Positions 1 to 15,293 of a stretch of 64,000 nt of DNA are shown here, piece by piece (positions within the stretch are counted from its first letter, which is position 1; each line of letters begins with the position of its first letter). Position numbers and translations under genes: made by a program. Under the pieces are notes generated by a model, which saw nothing but the letters and a program-made list of their open reading frames with translations, was not told the DNA's origin and ran no database searches. This DNA comes from the human T2T-CHM13v2.0 reference genome, Homo sapiens, in the NCBI RefSeq assembly GCF_009914755.1, contig NC_060927.1; one strand, 5' to 3'.

Positions 1-35
1 CATGGCTACATCCAAGTTACAATGGTAGTGATTAC

Positions 36-302
<267 letters not shown>

Positions 303-989
303 TCACCTTCATGTCTTCAACTACCACATTATTGACCCTTACTCATAAGAGGTACAGAGATGTGGAAGAAATCGAAAATTATTTCTGGATAGGTGTGGTC
401 CAGAATGGAAAAGGCCAAGGAGATAAGAAAGGAGCATGTGAAAGGCACTGTGGATCTGATCTATGATCTGTGCCTTCCCATGACAAAGGTGTGAAGAACT
501 GTTTTACAAAAGAGTAGAGAGGCCTTGTCTGTAATAAACAGCTTATTACAGAACTATAATCTACAGGTTTCATTGTAAGCTTAGGTTTACCCATACCATC
601 CTTCTTTATGTTCAAAGAGAATGGTGTGAAGCTTCTTTTAACCAGGCTATTAAAAAGTTGTCTTCATTGATGACTTTAGGCATCATTTATAAAGGCAGTT
701 CTGCAGACGTTTTCCCTCTTTCTGTAATACCTACACCCTACAACTATCTGCCTTTCTCACAAGCATATGAGCACAGTGCATATGAGCATGTTAAGGCTTT
801 AAGTCTTAGAGTAAAGAAATCTTTTGTTTTCTTTAAGACACTATTTCCTAAACCCATTTAATCACCTAAACCTATTTTGGCAGTATGTGTATTCAAATAA
901 AACTGAAGTTCTACAGAACACAGGTGAGAAAATGCTGTACTAGAGGAAAAGTAGGTGTCTGGGATATGACATGAAGAATATAGGTTCTT

Positions 990-1180
990 TATGTGTCATA
1001 GTATGGGACAGAATGCACTACTGACTTTGGTGTCATTAGATCGAGCTTTGTGGCTGTGTAAGCTTAGACACACTTAACCTGCCTGATTCTCAGTTTACCC
1101 ATCTAGAAATTGGGATCATATGCTCCTTTTACAAAAGTTAGAGTAAAGTGCCATATAGTGTCTGCCACATATCCATGGCT
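990..1180 (+). mobile_element. MIR, degraded (approximate ends)
   Basis: cacttaacct...ctcagtttacccatctagaaattggg resembles the MIR core. Confidence 0.55.
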
Positions 1181-1909
1181 CTGGGTGTCATTGATATATA
1201 CAAAGTTATATACATACAAAAATATAATAAATGTTCATTGTCCTGAGAGAAAGAAAAACCCAGGTCTTCAGCCACTATTAATTACACAATATCAAAACAA
1301 CAGGTTAATTCAAAAAGTCCCAAACAATTTTCTGAAGAGATAATATCTACTTCAAAAATTGAGAAGCATTGATAACTAAGGCCAGCTTCCACCATAACGT
1401 CATTTTTTAAAAACTTGTTAAATTATCTTTTGTGTGTTACAAGTGCAGTAGCCTTCCTGAAACGTGTGTAGGGAAGTTTCACTATTTTAAGCAAAATTGC
1501 CGAAAGTTCACTTTAGCAATCTGTGTTTTCCAGGGAGAAAAATTATATCCTTCCAAATGATGAAGGAACCATCATCCAATTTGGATTTTGGTGATAGCAA
1601 AACACAATGGCTTTTCTAGAAGTCACAAAATATAAATGACTCCTGGGTAACATTTTACAGTATTTTCATTGCAAAGGGTAGTAAACTGAAAAATTAAATC
1701 AAATTCAACAATATGACCTCAATATAGTGTTACTGATATTGAAAAATAATGTTAAACGAAAAAACAAAATCCAAAATAACTTTCTTCTACTTACTAGAGT
1801 GTAACAGATAAAAATGAGGCTTTAAAAAGTGTCTAAAAAACAATCTGATCTAATGTGCTGGATGCCTTTTTTTCTCTTCATCTCCAGTTAGAATCATTCA
1901 TTTTTACTA

Positions 1910-2314
<405 letters not shown>

Positions 2315-2483
2315 TTACTCTTATCCTTTCTTCTCAGGATGGAAGGCATGAGGATACTGGCTAAGCTTCTTCATTAAAGTTAACAATCTTAAAATAGAAG
2401 CAGCTCTGCAATCTCATAGTAATCTTTTTGGTCTTTGCAGTTTATCCACTTAAAAAGTGGAAGAGACAAACACAAGGCAATTC

Positions 2484-2779
<296 letters not shown>

Positions 2780-3110
2780 ACAAGGCAATTCTTAAAAGGG
2801 TGTGATTACTGCAGAATATTCTGGAAGGATGGATGATTTCCCAGCCTTTGCTCATGTTATTCCCTTTACTGGATCTTCGCACCAAGCCCAGCTGTTGCTG
2901 CCATGTATGTTTTGCAAATGGAGTGCTCAGCTGGCTCGTTTCCCTTCAGCATGTGGCCAGCGCGTGGTCCACAGGCCTGATAGATCTTTTCTAGCCACAC
3001 TTGAGCTCTGCCTGCCCCCACAGCTTCCCTCATTTTGCTACTGTATAATTAACATTTCTCCCCTTGAGAAGATGTATGTCCAGTTCCTACAAAGACTTCA
3101 CAGAGGTGGC

Positions 3111-3220
3111 CCCACACTCAATGAGCTGACTCTAACTTAACCAGGTTAACTTGGCACTCACATTCCCACACTCAATGAGCTGATTCTCACTTAACCAGGT
3201 TAACGTGGCACTCTGACATT
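3111..3220. repeat. Two-copy tandem duplication (54/56 bp)
   Basis: cccacactcaatgagctga(c/t)tct(a/c)acttaaccaggttaac(t/g)tggcactc occurs at 3111 and 3165. Confidence 0.9.
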
Positions 3221-3299
3221 ATCAAGTCCATTGTATGCATGACATCAGTCTTCTTACTGGAGAAGAGCACTTTGAGCTGGTCTCTGTGATCTCATGACT

Positions 3300-3440
3300 C
3301 CTCACAACTCTGCCGTGAGCATATCACTCCCACTTTATGGGTGAGAAATCTGAGGCTCACGGAGGTTATGCAACTTACCCAAAGGCGCTACTAGGAATGG
3401 AGAAGCAAGGATTCAAATCAGGCTGCCTGTTGGCTAAAAC
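3300..3440 (-). mobile_element. MIR fragment (approximate ends)
   Basis: cccactttatgggtgagaaatctgaggctcacggaggttatgcaacttaccc. Confidence 0.6.
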
Positions 3441-4865
3441 TATGTTCTTTTCAGGACGTCATTTAATTCCACATTACGGCTTCAAAATAAAACACTCCCT
3501 ACTTACCCACTTGAGGTTATTTTAAAGAGACATAGAGTAGAATCCATCCTCTTTTATGGTTTTTTTTTTTTTTTTTTTTTGAATGTCAAACTTAGATTTA
3601 GATCTCCTGAGCTTTTTTCCTTAACTTTGCTTTTTATCCTTACTGGCTTCCCAGTGTTTAGAAGATGAAAGTAAAGAATTATTAAACATAGGAAGGAGCC
3701 ACTTCCTAAGGCTATTCCAAAGATAGCAAAATAAATCTCACACTCAAAAAGCAGAGAGAGAGATAAAGGTGGCAGGGGGTGGTGGTGGGGGAAGAACTGA
3801 AGTAATAAACTGAAGAACAGTAAAACAATCAGTGCAAACTATTCCTGTGTCACTCCTCACAAGATAGTCTTTGCAATCTTCTCAATGCAAAGATGACAAC
3901 CTACACGAAAGACGCCAGGGGAGCAGCTTTAATGTACTGCATTTGTAAGACACCTGGCTATGAGTTTGACTCTTGATCTTTCCAACAATTTAGACTCACA
4001 ACACAAAGAGAAGCCATCAAAGAGTAGAGTGTAAAAAACTACAGGCACTATGGCAAACACTTTGGGGGAAGGAATTTTTTATTTTCAACACAAAACAATT
4101 ACTTTCGTCAATGATAATGGAGAAGGAACTTTCATGAATAACTCCAAATAGTGGACACCCTGGCTGTCATTTATTTTTGGTTCTAGAATATCTTCTTAGA
4201 GTTTATGACTTTCATAATTAAGTCTAGGTAAGGCTAATAAGACTAACTTCAGTTTCTGCAATTGGAAGTCTCACTCCTTGAGAAAAGGAGAAAAAGAAAG
4301 GTAATCGGGAAGCCTGGTGAGGCTGGACCTGAAGGATGCACAGGCTGGGGACAAGGTAAGAGTAACCCTGACTCTCTTCTCTTTAATTCCTGAGGGAGGA
4401 TGTCGTTACCATGTTGGAACTTGGAAGTGACAATTTTGAATCCTCTGAGTTGCTCAGCATTCCAAATACCCACTGCCAATTGCTTTTCAAATGCAGTGAA
4501 TGACATGAAAAAAATTGGATACTAGAACTATAAACCAGTGTCACTTTCCAGGAGAAAGGGTGGCCCATATATTACAACTAAAAACTAGAACAGCATAAAT
4601 ACCCCAATGTGGAAACATGGCAAACAAACAGTGGTGTCTTGATGCAATTGTGAGGAAGGGACTATATGGAGCAAAGATGAATTAAAAAAAAAAAACAACA
4701 GAATTTAAAATCCTGCGCCCAGATGTAAAACTATACTTGTATAATCTATGAGGAAGGGGCTACAGTTTATTAATAGTGCCTGGGGGTTCAGTGGCTTTTC
4801 AGCTGTTATTTTATGTTGTCGTTGAGATTGAGTGTTTCTGGTTGGATTTTAAAATTGAGATGACC

Positions 4866-4967
4866 GTACTCGCTCTGGCAGCACCTATACTAAAACTGGA
4901 ATGATTAGCATGGCCCCTGCATGAGAATGACATGTAAATTCATGAAGCATTCCATTTTTTTTTTTTT
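4866..4967 (+). pseudogene. U6 snRNA retro-pseudogene lacking the ACAGAGA box
   Basis: GTACTCGCTCTGGCAGCACCTATACTAAAACTGGAATGAT-TAGCATGGCCCCTGCATGAGAATGACATGTAAATTCATGAAGCATTCCATTTTT aligns with U6 from nt 1 to the oligo-U end, with an 11-nt internal deletion. Confidence 0.93.
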
Positions 4968-4977
4968 CAACATTTTT

Positions 4978-5174
4978 ACAGACACTCGGGACTACTGGGA
5001 GTGGGGAGGAACAAGGGGTGAAAAACAAACTATTGGGTACTATGCTCACTACCTGGGTGACGAGAGCAATCGTATCCCAAACCCCAGCATCACATAACCA
5101 TGTAGCAAACCTGCACATGTACCCCCAAATATAAAATAAAACTTGAAATTATAAAAATAAAATAAAAGAAAAAT
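4978..5174 (+). mobile_element. 5'-truncated LINE-1 3' end (older L1PA/L1PB type) with A-rich tail, fused to the U6 copy
   Basis: tattgggtactatgctcactacctgggtgac...aaacctgcacatgtaccccc is L1 3'UTR. It shares one TSD pair with U6 (4851-4865 and 5175-5189). Confidence 0.88.
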
Positions 5175-5203
5175 AAAATTGAGATAACCGAAGAGATCAT
5201 TTA

Positions 5204-5410
<207 letters not shown>

Positions 5411-6289
5411 TCAAAATTAAAACACAGTCACAAAAGCTCTAAACTAGTGCAGTTGTGCCATGCTGCCCAACTTTCCAGGTTAGGGAGGAAGGAAAGTTTT
5501 AATTTTGAAATACATACCCTCATGAAAATGAAAATAATCATGTGTGGCCATTCACAGTAAATTGACATTGATTTCCTTTTCACCTCAAAATAACCATTTG
5601 AACATTCTTCAACATACAGAGTATGACACCATTTATGTAAAACTTTAAAAAAAAAAAACAAAAACTATGTTGAATATTGCTTATGGATACATACACTAAC
5701 GGGCAGTAAGGGGTATAAAAGTCTGTGTGATGGACACACGCCAGTTTCTGAATAGTGGCTACCACTGGGGACAGAAGGGAAAAGAAACGAGATTTCAGTG
5801 GTGGGGGGATGGCTTCAAATATTAATTGTAATATTTTATTTGTTAAAAAGTAAGATTAAATAAAACTATGGCAAATCTGGGTAGTGGGTACATGGGTAAT
5901 TCATGTTATTCTTTGTACTTCTCTGTGTTTCAAATACTTTAAAATCAACAATTTAAAACCTCCATTAATTATTATTTCAGCTACTATTTGTTTTTATCTC
6001 TATCTTTAATAATGTTCATAATTGTATTGTTTGTTTGCCAGACGTCTCTGCAAGGGCAGAATAAAAGGCACAGGAAATACAGAATTGCCCTTTTTATTTG
6101 ATTTAAAAACTACTTCTGCTCATGAAGATATTTCTGGCTAAATTCTCTTTCCCTTTTGCTCCTTTGTTTTAATTACTTTTTAAATTGTGAAATTATTTTA
6201 AACTCACATAGAAGACGCAACAAGAGTACAGAGCGTTCCCATGTACCCTTCACCAGCTTCCCCAGTGATAACATCTTACATAACCATAG

Positions 6290-6694
<405 letters not shown>

Positions 6695-7070
6695 TAATTG
6701 TTCTGTTCTCAATTTGCCATATGGCATGCTTTTATCCCCTGTTGGTTACATAAAACCAGAAGATTCTTCCAAGTATAAGTACTAGACGACACCATCATGT
6801 TTAAAAATATAAGTTCATGCCCATTTTCAAATTCTTGACTAGGGGTTTACTCTACGTCCTATCACCAATTTTTTAATTTGGAAATTTTTTAACAGGCAGA
6901 TGATTTCCCCTGCTTTTCTTTTTTCTGCCAGCTCCTCCCACTTCCTCCCTTTATTCTCACCCTCAACCCTCAAGCTCCCCACCTCTTCCCAATGTAAACA
7001 AAGATCCTATTATAGTCTAGATCACATAATAAAGAGAATAAAAATAAGTGGCCCCCAAATATTAACTTAC

Positions 7071-7204
7071 CCATTGAGGAAAGGATCTGAGCTATTATTA
7101 GTGATGGATCTCATGTCTGGGGTCATCGTGGGTGGGTTGACAGCAGCCTGAACTGGGGCAAGAGTCTCAGCTTCCATGGGGAGCTGTCGACAGAGGGCAG
7201 CTTC
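7071..7204 (-). CDS. WWTR1: WWTR1 coding exon (134 nt; EAALCRQLPMEAETLAPVQAAVNPPTMTPDMRSITNNSSDPFLNG); absent from the ORF track
   Basis: Manual minus-strand translation. Acceptor ttctgactgtag|GAA at 7205-7206, donor TGG|gtaagt at 7070. Confidence 0.97.
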
Positions 7205-7744
7205 CTACAGTCAGAATGGGAAGCAAGAGTCATGCACTCATTGTCACAAGGCATGGAGCAAAGTGTACTTCACATCAAAACTTTTCACCAAATACAAAGC
7301 ACTGTGTATTTACTCCCAGCAAGTCAAAATCACCAGGCAACCATTAGTATTCTTTCTCCGAAGAAAGTCTTACAGACATAAGTCACTTCACATTCACAAA
7401 GTTAATGGGAAGCTCAGCTATTATTTGATCTAAGGGCACTTAATGTTGCAATCATCCCACCCATGCAATTATTTAAACACCCAAATCATAGAAAGCCCTC
7501 TCAAAACACTTTGTCAGAGACAAGGCTTTTTCTATCTCAGGTTCTCAAACCAAATCTACATCAATCAAAGCAATCAGACTCCTCTGGACTATAAAGTACA
7601 TTCTGGTCTTTGCCACTTACAGGCCAGTAAAACTGTGGAATTACAGAGTCCAGGCTCTACATTAAATTGCATCTGGCAGTTTTATGTTTACAGACAGGAA
7701 AGCAAAACAATGAGTTGAAAGTTTACTTTAAAAAGTCAATCAGT

Positions 7745-8026
7745 GGCCAGGGGTGGTGGCTCACGTCCATAATCCCAGCACTTTGGGAGGTCGAGGTGGG
7801 CGGATCACTGGAGCCCACAAGTTCGAGACCAGCCTGCAACATGGTGAAACCCTGTCTCTACAAAAAATACAAAAATTAGTTGGGTGTGGTGCTACTTGGG
7901 AGGCTGAGGCAGGAGGAGCCCTGTGCCTGGGAGGTTGAGACTAAAGTGAGCAGAGATCACGACACTGTACTCCAGCCTGGGTGACAGAGTGAGACGCTGT
8001 CTCAAAAAAAACAAAAAAACAAAAAA
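7745..8026 (+). mobile_element. Alu (J-like)
   Basis: Diverged Alu consensus; TSD aaaaagtcaatc. Confidence 0.92.
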
Positions 8027-9302
8027 GTCAATCTATTTGACTACTTTGTTGACTAAAATGCTGAAGGTTGGGGAACCATGTAGATCCAATCCAAATCCCA
8101 CAGACAAGTAACTGTTTCACAGCATATGGATTTCATTAGCAGAAACAAATAATACAAGCATTATTTTATAAAAGCTAGCATTACATTGCTAAGAAGAGTC
8201 TATCCAAAAGGCTACAAATTTACTGACTGCAACTACTTTCTCTAGGTATAATCTCCAGGAGTCTCTCCATCTTGACAAACATAACCAGACATCAAATTCC
8301 TTTCAAATTTGCTGATGTTTCCAGAGAATACTTTTGTATGTTTACATTTGCATCCCAAACCAAGGTTAGGCCTTTCCCCATATTTATGCCTATCAGTTTC
8401 CCACTTTCCATGCTGAAGTCATTGGTCTCACTGTCCCTCAAACCCTAAAACCATGGCTACAATGGCAAACAGAACATTTAGGACTTCTAAATTACAGTAT
8501 CTTCGTTAGATCTCTTCCAGCCCTAACATGATGTGACTTTAGAGGGTAGCTGCTGTCTAGACAAGTCCTAGTGAAGTCATCGGCTATAAAAATTTTCAGT
8601 TACTAGAGTTGGTTGCACTGTTACAAACCATGAGAGACCTGATTGATTTAAAAAAAAACTGTATTGTTAACTTATACTGAAATAAATCTAGCTGGAAAGG
8701 GTCTTTGGCTCACTTCTGTTCATCTAGATTGCAAATAATCAAATACTTAACTAACAAATTTTATTCAGGAATCTACAAAAAGCAAACCAAAAACTGGAGA
8801 TTTTTTTGGTAAAAAGTGATTTTCATCATCTAAATCTTGGAAGTGCCTTCTGAATAAACCTAGAAAAATCAAATTATTTTCTGATAGTTGTTTTTAACAT
8901 GGCAGGCAGGGTGCATTAGAAACCTTATTATCCAACCAAAGTTTTCCTGAAAGCCTCAGAAGGAACAACAGGGATTGAATCTGGCATAAAAAGCCTGAGT
9001 CCCACCAGTCCCCATCCCTCAAGCACACTCATACACCCTGAGCCACAGTTTGAAAAAATGTATCTCATCAATGGTAAATTTCTAATACTTTATTAACCAT
9101 AAATGCAAGAATCTTTTGACTCATAACCCTCATTATCCAAAAACATGAACTTTACTAGAATATTCCATTTTTCAACCATTCTGAATAAATGTGGGAGTTT
9201 ACCTCTAAACAAATACACTTTTAATTTAAAAGTTGATGAGATGGCTGCATTCCTTTGTATTGAAAAAACTTTATCAACATATGTCTTAAGAATACAAGTT
9301 GA

Positions 9303-9600
9303 GGCCGGGCGGTGGCTCACACCTGTAATCCCAGCACTTTGGGAGGCTGAGGCGGGTGGATCACGAGGTCAGGAGATCAAGACCACCCTGGCTAACAAGG
9401 TGAAACCCTGTCTCTACTAAAAATACAAAATATTAGCCGGGTGTGGTGGCATGCACCTGTGGTCCCAGATACTCAGGAGGCTGAGGCAGGAAAATCACTT
9501 GAATTTGGGGAGGCGGAGGTTGCATTGAGCCGAGATTGCACCACCATACTCCAGCCTGGGCGACAAAGCGAGACTCTGTCTCAAAAAAAGAAAAAAAAAA
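9303..9600 (+). mobile_element. Alu (Sc/Y-like)
   Basis: tcacgaggtcaggagatc diagnostic segment; TSD aatacaagttga. Confidence 0.95.
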
Positions 9601-10119
9601 TACAAGTTGAATCTGCAATTTCCAGGAGTTCTAAATTTATATATGGTAAGAATCATTTCTGGAACTTCATGGGATAAAAAAATACACTATATATAACACA
9701 CATGAATTGTTATCTGTAATAATATATAAAATTATAAGAACAAATATCAAAAATTAGATATAAAATAAATAGTTCTAAACTTTCCTATTAATTTAAATTA
9801 CTCCTAGCTATTTCCAGTAAATAAAACATAAAATAATGCTTGTGTGTGTCTAAATATATAAATAAAATATATAAATAAAATTTAAAGGATTATTTATGAT
9901 AACCAAAGCTGAAAAACCTATACTATATTGGAGGAAATGTTTCACTGTGCCATTTCACATTTGTTCCATCTATTCTAAATCAAAGAGAACAGAAGCTCTA
10001 GTCTCCAGCACTGATGTTTCCCTAACTACCCTGAAGACTTAATCACCAAGTCATCCTAAGGGCAAATGCCGCCTTCTGTCTGTAGGGGGCTCACAGTATC
10101 ATTTTCTACCTTCAACTGA

Positions 10120-10542
<423 letters not shown>

Positions 10543-10919
10543 CTAAGATTATTCCAAAATCATTCTTAGGTCACAAGTTATTCCACATAGCAGCCAAAGT
10601 GAAGCTCACGTGACCCCCTGCTCTAAAGCGACCTGCTTCTTGTTCCACCTGGATGGTAAATAGAGGCAGGTCCTCACTGCAGACCACCACACCCTGCATA
10701 ACAGCCCTGGCCACCCTTTCCTCCCATGTCTCTGATGTGCTCCCCTCCTTCACCCCCTTCCAGTCTCCTGGTTTCTCTGCTGCTCCTCCCACCTCCTGCA
10801 CCTGCGCCAACTGTTCTATCTGCTTGCAAGGTGTTCCTCGAGTCTTCCTAAAGCTTATTCCCTCACTTAACGCCTGCCTCCTACAGACGCCATCTCTTCA
10901 GAGATGCTCCTACCTCACC

Positions 10920-11115
10920 CCTGTCTAAAATGGCCTCACCCCTGTCATTTTCTGTCTCTTAATCTGCATTAATTTTCTTCAGTGCAACTTAAGTTTTCAT
11001 TCTCTGTCTTTCCTACTAGAATGTAAGCTCCACGAGGGAAGGGGCCTTGTTTGTCATGTTCACTCCTGTACCCAACTACCTTAACAGTGCTAGGCATACA
11101 GTGGGTACTTGGAAA
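10920..11115 (+). mobile_element. LINE-2 3' end (approximate)
   Basis: ctagaatgtaagctccacgagggaagggg...acagtgctaggcatacagtgggtact matches the L2 tail. Confidence 0.7.
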
Positions 11116-11324
11116 TATAAACTAAGAACATGCAATCTCACCTCAGCCACAAATATGAGAGAAATAATAGCCTATTGTATACAACCCAACTAGCCAGGTG
11201 CAGGCTCCATCCTCAAGAAATGGTCCTGCTGCACTCTTTCCTGCTCCTCACATAGGATGAACAGGAGGGCCGAGTGGCCAGGAGCTAGATGCTTGAATTG
11301 GAAACCTGGTCCTGCTATCTAACA

Positions 11325-11485
11325 GAAAGTTATTTAACCCTCTGTTCTTCATTTGTAAAGTGGGGATAATAAGAGCACCCACCCAAGAAGGCTGCTGTGA
11401 TGATAAAACGGGATAACACTACAAGGTGCTTAGAACAGTGCCAGGCACTCAAGATCACATAATAAATACTGAAGGAATTATTATT
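11325..11485 (+). mobile_element. MIR (approximate)
   Basis: ttcatttgtaaagtggggataataa...gtgcttagaacagtgccaggcac. Confidence 0.7.
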
Positions 11486-13203
11486 ATTTCATTTTCTGAA
11501 TTCCAATCTCAAAAAAAACAAAATAAACAATTTTAAAAGTCACACTGTCATGTGGAACTGATCCACTTTAAGTGGTGAGAGGTTTCTTCCTGGTCAACTT
11601 TCACCTTGGAGGGATTAAACCAAAGTGTGAAATTCATCATAATGGTCACCAAGGCTAAGAAAACAATTTTTTTTAAACAAGGAGAGGTTTATAAACCATT
11701 TTTATATAACATAAAATTTGTTCGAATATAAATGGAAAGTAGTGAGATGTTTTACTTCACTTAAATTTTATAATACGAGTTCTATATTTAGAACTTTAAA
11801 AATTCTAGCCTTTTTTTGAATGAAAATACTTCCCTATTCCAACTCATGAACTGAAAGAGAAAAAGAAACTGTACAAAACCCGAGGTCTGAAAATAAAAGG
11901 GCTAACCTCACCAACATGTTGCCATCCAAACAGGGGAGGGTTTTGTTTTAAACTAAATTTAGGTATAAAATTAAAGCCCAGACCCAGTAGGATTTGGACT
12001 GCCACATGACATCCACTACCCTTGCGTGGGTAAAAATGAAAGGCAAACGTCTGACTTAGACCAAACAGCAGCAGTCAAAATGGATGAAACTAAAGCAGCT
12101 GAAGCAAAGACAAAGACAGGCACTGGATGAAGTAAGCTTCCATGGAAACAGAGGGGTGACAGTTGGTCAAGGCTGGCTGAGGGCATAACTCAAGGCCTCT
12201 GCCGCTGAGCATCGGTGGTGCAGCTGCCTTCACTCAGCACCCCTTCCTTCCTCTGCTCCCTCTAGTCGAGGCAGGAAAACAAACGCTAAGCTGGCTTGTC
12301 ACTCATTTCCCACTGTGCTCCAGTTAAACATGTATATTCACAGATCCCTTCCAGGGTCCCCTCTGTGTCCACCCTGCCCTCCAAACAAACCTTCAGTTTC
12401 CTAGACCAAGCTCAAAACCTGCTTTCTGTCTCAAGAAGCAGGTCATCATTGCTTCTCTAGCTAGTCCAACTGACCTCTTCCTCCAATCAACCTTCAAGTG
12501 CAAGGCTGCATCCAGGTCCCTACCCAACACTTTATCTTACTGAAATCTTTTCAAAGAGTGACCAGAGACCAATCAGGATAGAGAGGGGTCAGGGCATCAT
12601 ATCCTATGAAGAAGAGTGGGGCTATTTAACCACAGGGGAAGACTAGAAGGGCACACAGTGGCTCTCAAATTATTAATGAACTGTCACAGGAAAGAAGGAA
12701 GATCTCTTCTAGCCTAGATTTGAGGCAGATACGATGAAGGGCTTTCTAGTTACTTATCAGTTCAGGGCAGGAACTGCCTTCTTCTCAATTCTCCAGGCTA
12801 TTAGCCACCGGATTTCTGAAACAGTAGTTGGGGTTTAAGTTGGGGTCCAGAGCTTGGCACCGAAAAGGCAGCATGGCACAAGAGCAAAACTGTCTTTGGA
12901 ACCAGAAAGATTGGAGTTCAAATCCAGTTCAGTTACTACATGTTGTGGCATCTTGAACTAAATTCTTAACCTTTCTTGACAGTTTGTTCACCTGAAAAAA
13001 AAAAGGTGGTTTATAAGACCGATCTTGCTGGGATGCTATAAAGATTAGAAAGCGTACTTATAATGGACCTGGCACATTGACGCAGTTAACAGAACAAGCT
13101 GCTGATAGTGTTAAATGGTGTGGGAGGCAGAGATACTAGCTAAAAATTGCATATTGCTTACTGTGTGTGAAACACTGTTCTAAGCCCTTTAACATGTTAT
13201 TTC

Positions 13204-13534
<331 letters not shown>

Positions 13535-14964
13535 TCAGTGTGGCAGAGAAAGAAAAGTTGAGGGTTGAGGTTGACAGACCTCAAATTGTCAACCCTTTCA
13601 CCTGCTGGCTGTGAGAACTGGGCAAGTTACTTCACTTTTCCGAGCCTGTTTTCCCAGCAATAAAATAGAAAGACCAACCCCTCTACCTCAGACAGTTCAG
13701 AGGAAATTTAATGAAACAGCCGATTTAACTTTCCTGAACATAGTTTTCCTCCCTGAACAGGGCAACAGAATGAACTGGATGTATTCAATGATAGTTTTCA
13801 ACGTATATGAGTGGAGCTCATGTCCTAGGAATTCACAACCCATCAAGCAAAGTTACAAGTTCCAATTTCAAGGGCACTTTTCAGAAGGAAAGCTCTCCCT
13901 GCTGACCCTGACCCAACCCTCCTCCAACAAATTTATTTTTGTCTATGTCCAAGCTTGGGGTGGAAAGACTTGCAAAATAAGGGCTCAAGAATCTCTTGGT
14001 GAGTTTGTGGTCAACTATCTAGCTCTCTGAAGTGAGTAATTATTTATGGGCTAAAAAATACCCTTTCCTAGCAGCTGGAGGACGGGTGATGTGTAAAATA
14101 GCTGGAGAAGTAAGGATGTGAAAGACAAATGATTATTTGTGAGCTGAAGGTGTCCCAGGAAGCAAACCTCAAACCTCCTCTCCTTCTAGGTCCTTGGCCT
14201 GCAGCTTGCCTGTGGAATAAACCAACAGAGGAGGTGAGAAAGTAAACGGCAGCTGAAAGCATCTGCAGCTATGTCCCGCCTTGGCTGAGGGAACACTCTG
14301 CCAGCCAGCTCCTGCCCTCACCAGAATGCACTTCAAAAGGGAAACAAATGACAATCAGCTCTTCAGAGGCTGCTCTGCTTGATTTAAGTGTGTGTGGCCA
14401 GGGACTCTACAAACATGGAAGATTGGATTGTTTTAATTATAAAGGGTGGGGTGAGTAGAAAGAAAATGAAAAAAAAAAAGACAGTATTTTGAAATCCTAA
14501 CATTAAAATAGTTATTCTGGATGCAGAGAAATTGCTTTCTCTGCCAAAACCCTGAGGGACTTCAGAGAGAGAATGCCGAATTATTTACCTTCTTTACGGG
14601 GGACGGCGGGGGGAACAAAAAAAAATTACTGATGTATATTTCTTTTTAATTCGGTGCCAAGGGATTCTAAAATGCACTGTCACACTTCCCGGAGACTGCC
14701 TTTTTGAAACAACTCATCACTAATGCTCAGCTGCCAGACTGTCCCTACAAAAGAACAATCGAAACTGCGATACTTTTAGGAAGCCATTTACTAAGTTTGT
14801 CATTATTATCTATGGTCTATTTGTTGCTCTTTTTACTCAGAGTGCATAAAGCAAATTTGTATTATTCCACAACTGGTTTCTGTTGTCCTTTCAAATCACA
14901 TTAAAGAAAACATTATAATTTAGATACTCGTCTGTCTTCACTTAAAAAAAAAAAAAAAGGCTGA

Positions 14965-15293
<329 letters not shown>

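Noticed and set aside
4866-4967. Functional U6 gene
   Set aside because: It lacks the ACAGAGA box, has many substitutions, shows no recognisable upstream PSE/TATA, and sits within TSDs with an L1 tail.
13569-13594. ggttgaca...tgtcaacc 8-bp hairpin
   Set aside because: Short, lies within MIR-derived sequence, and is plausible by chance.
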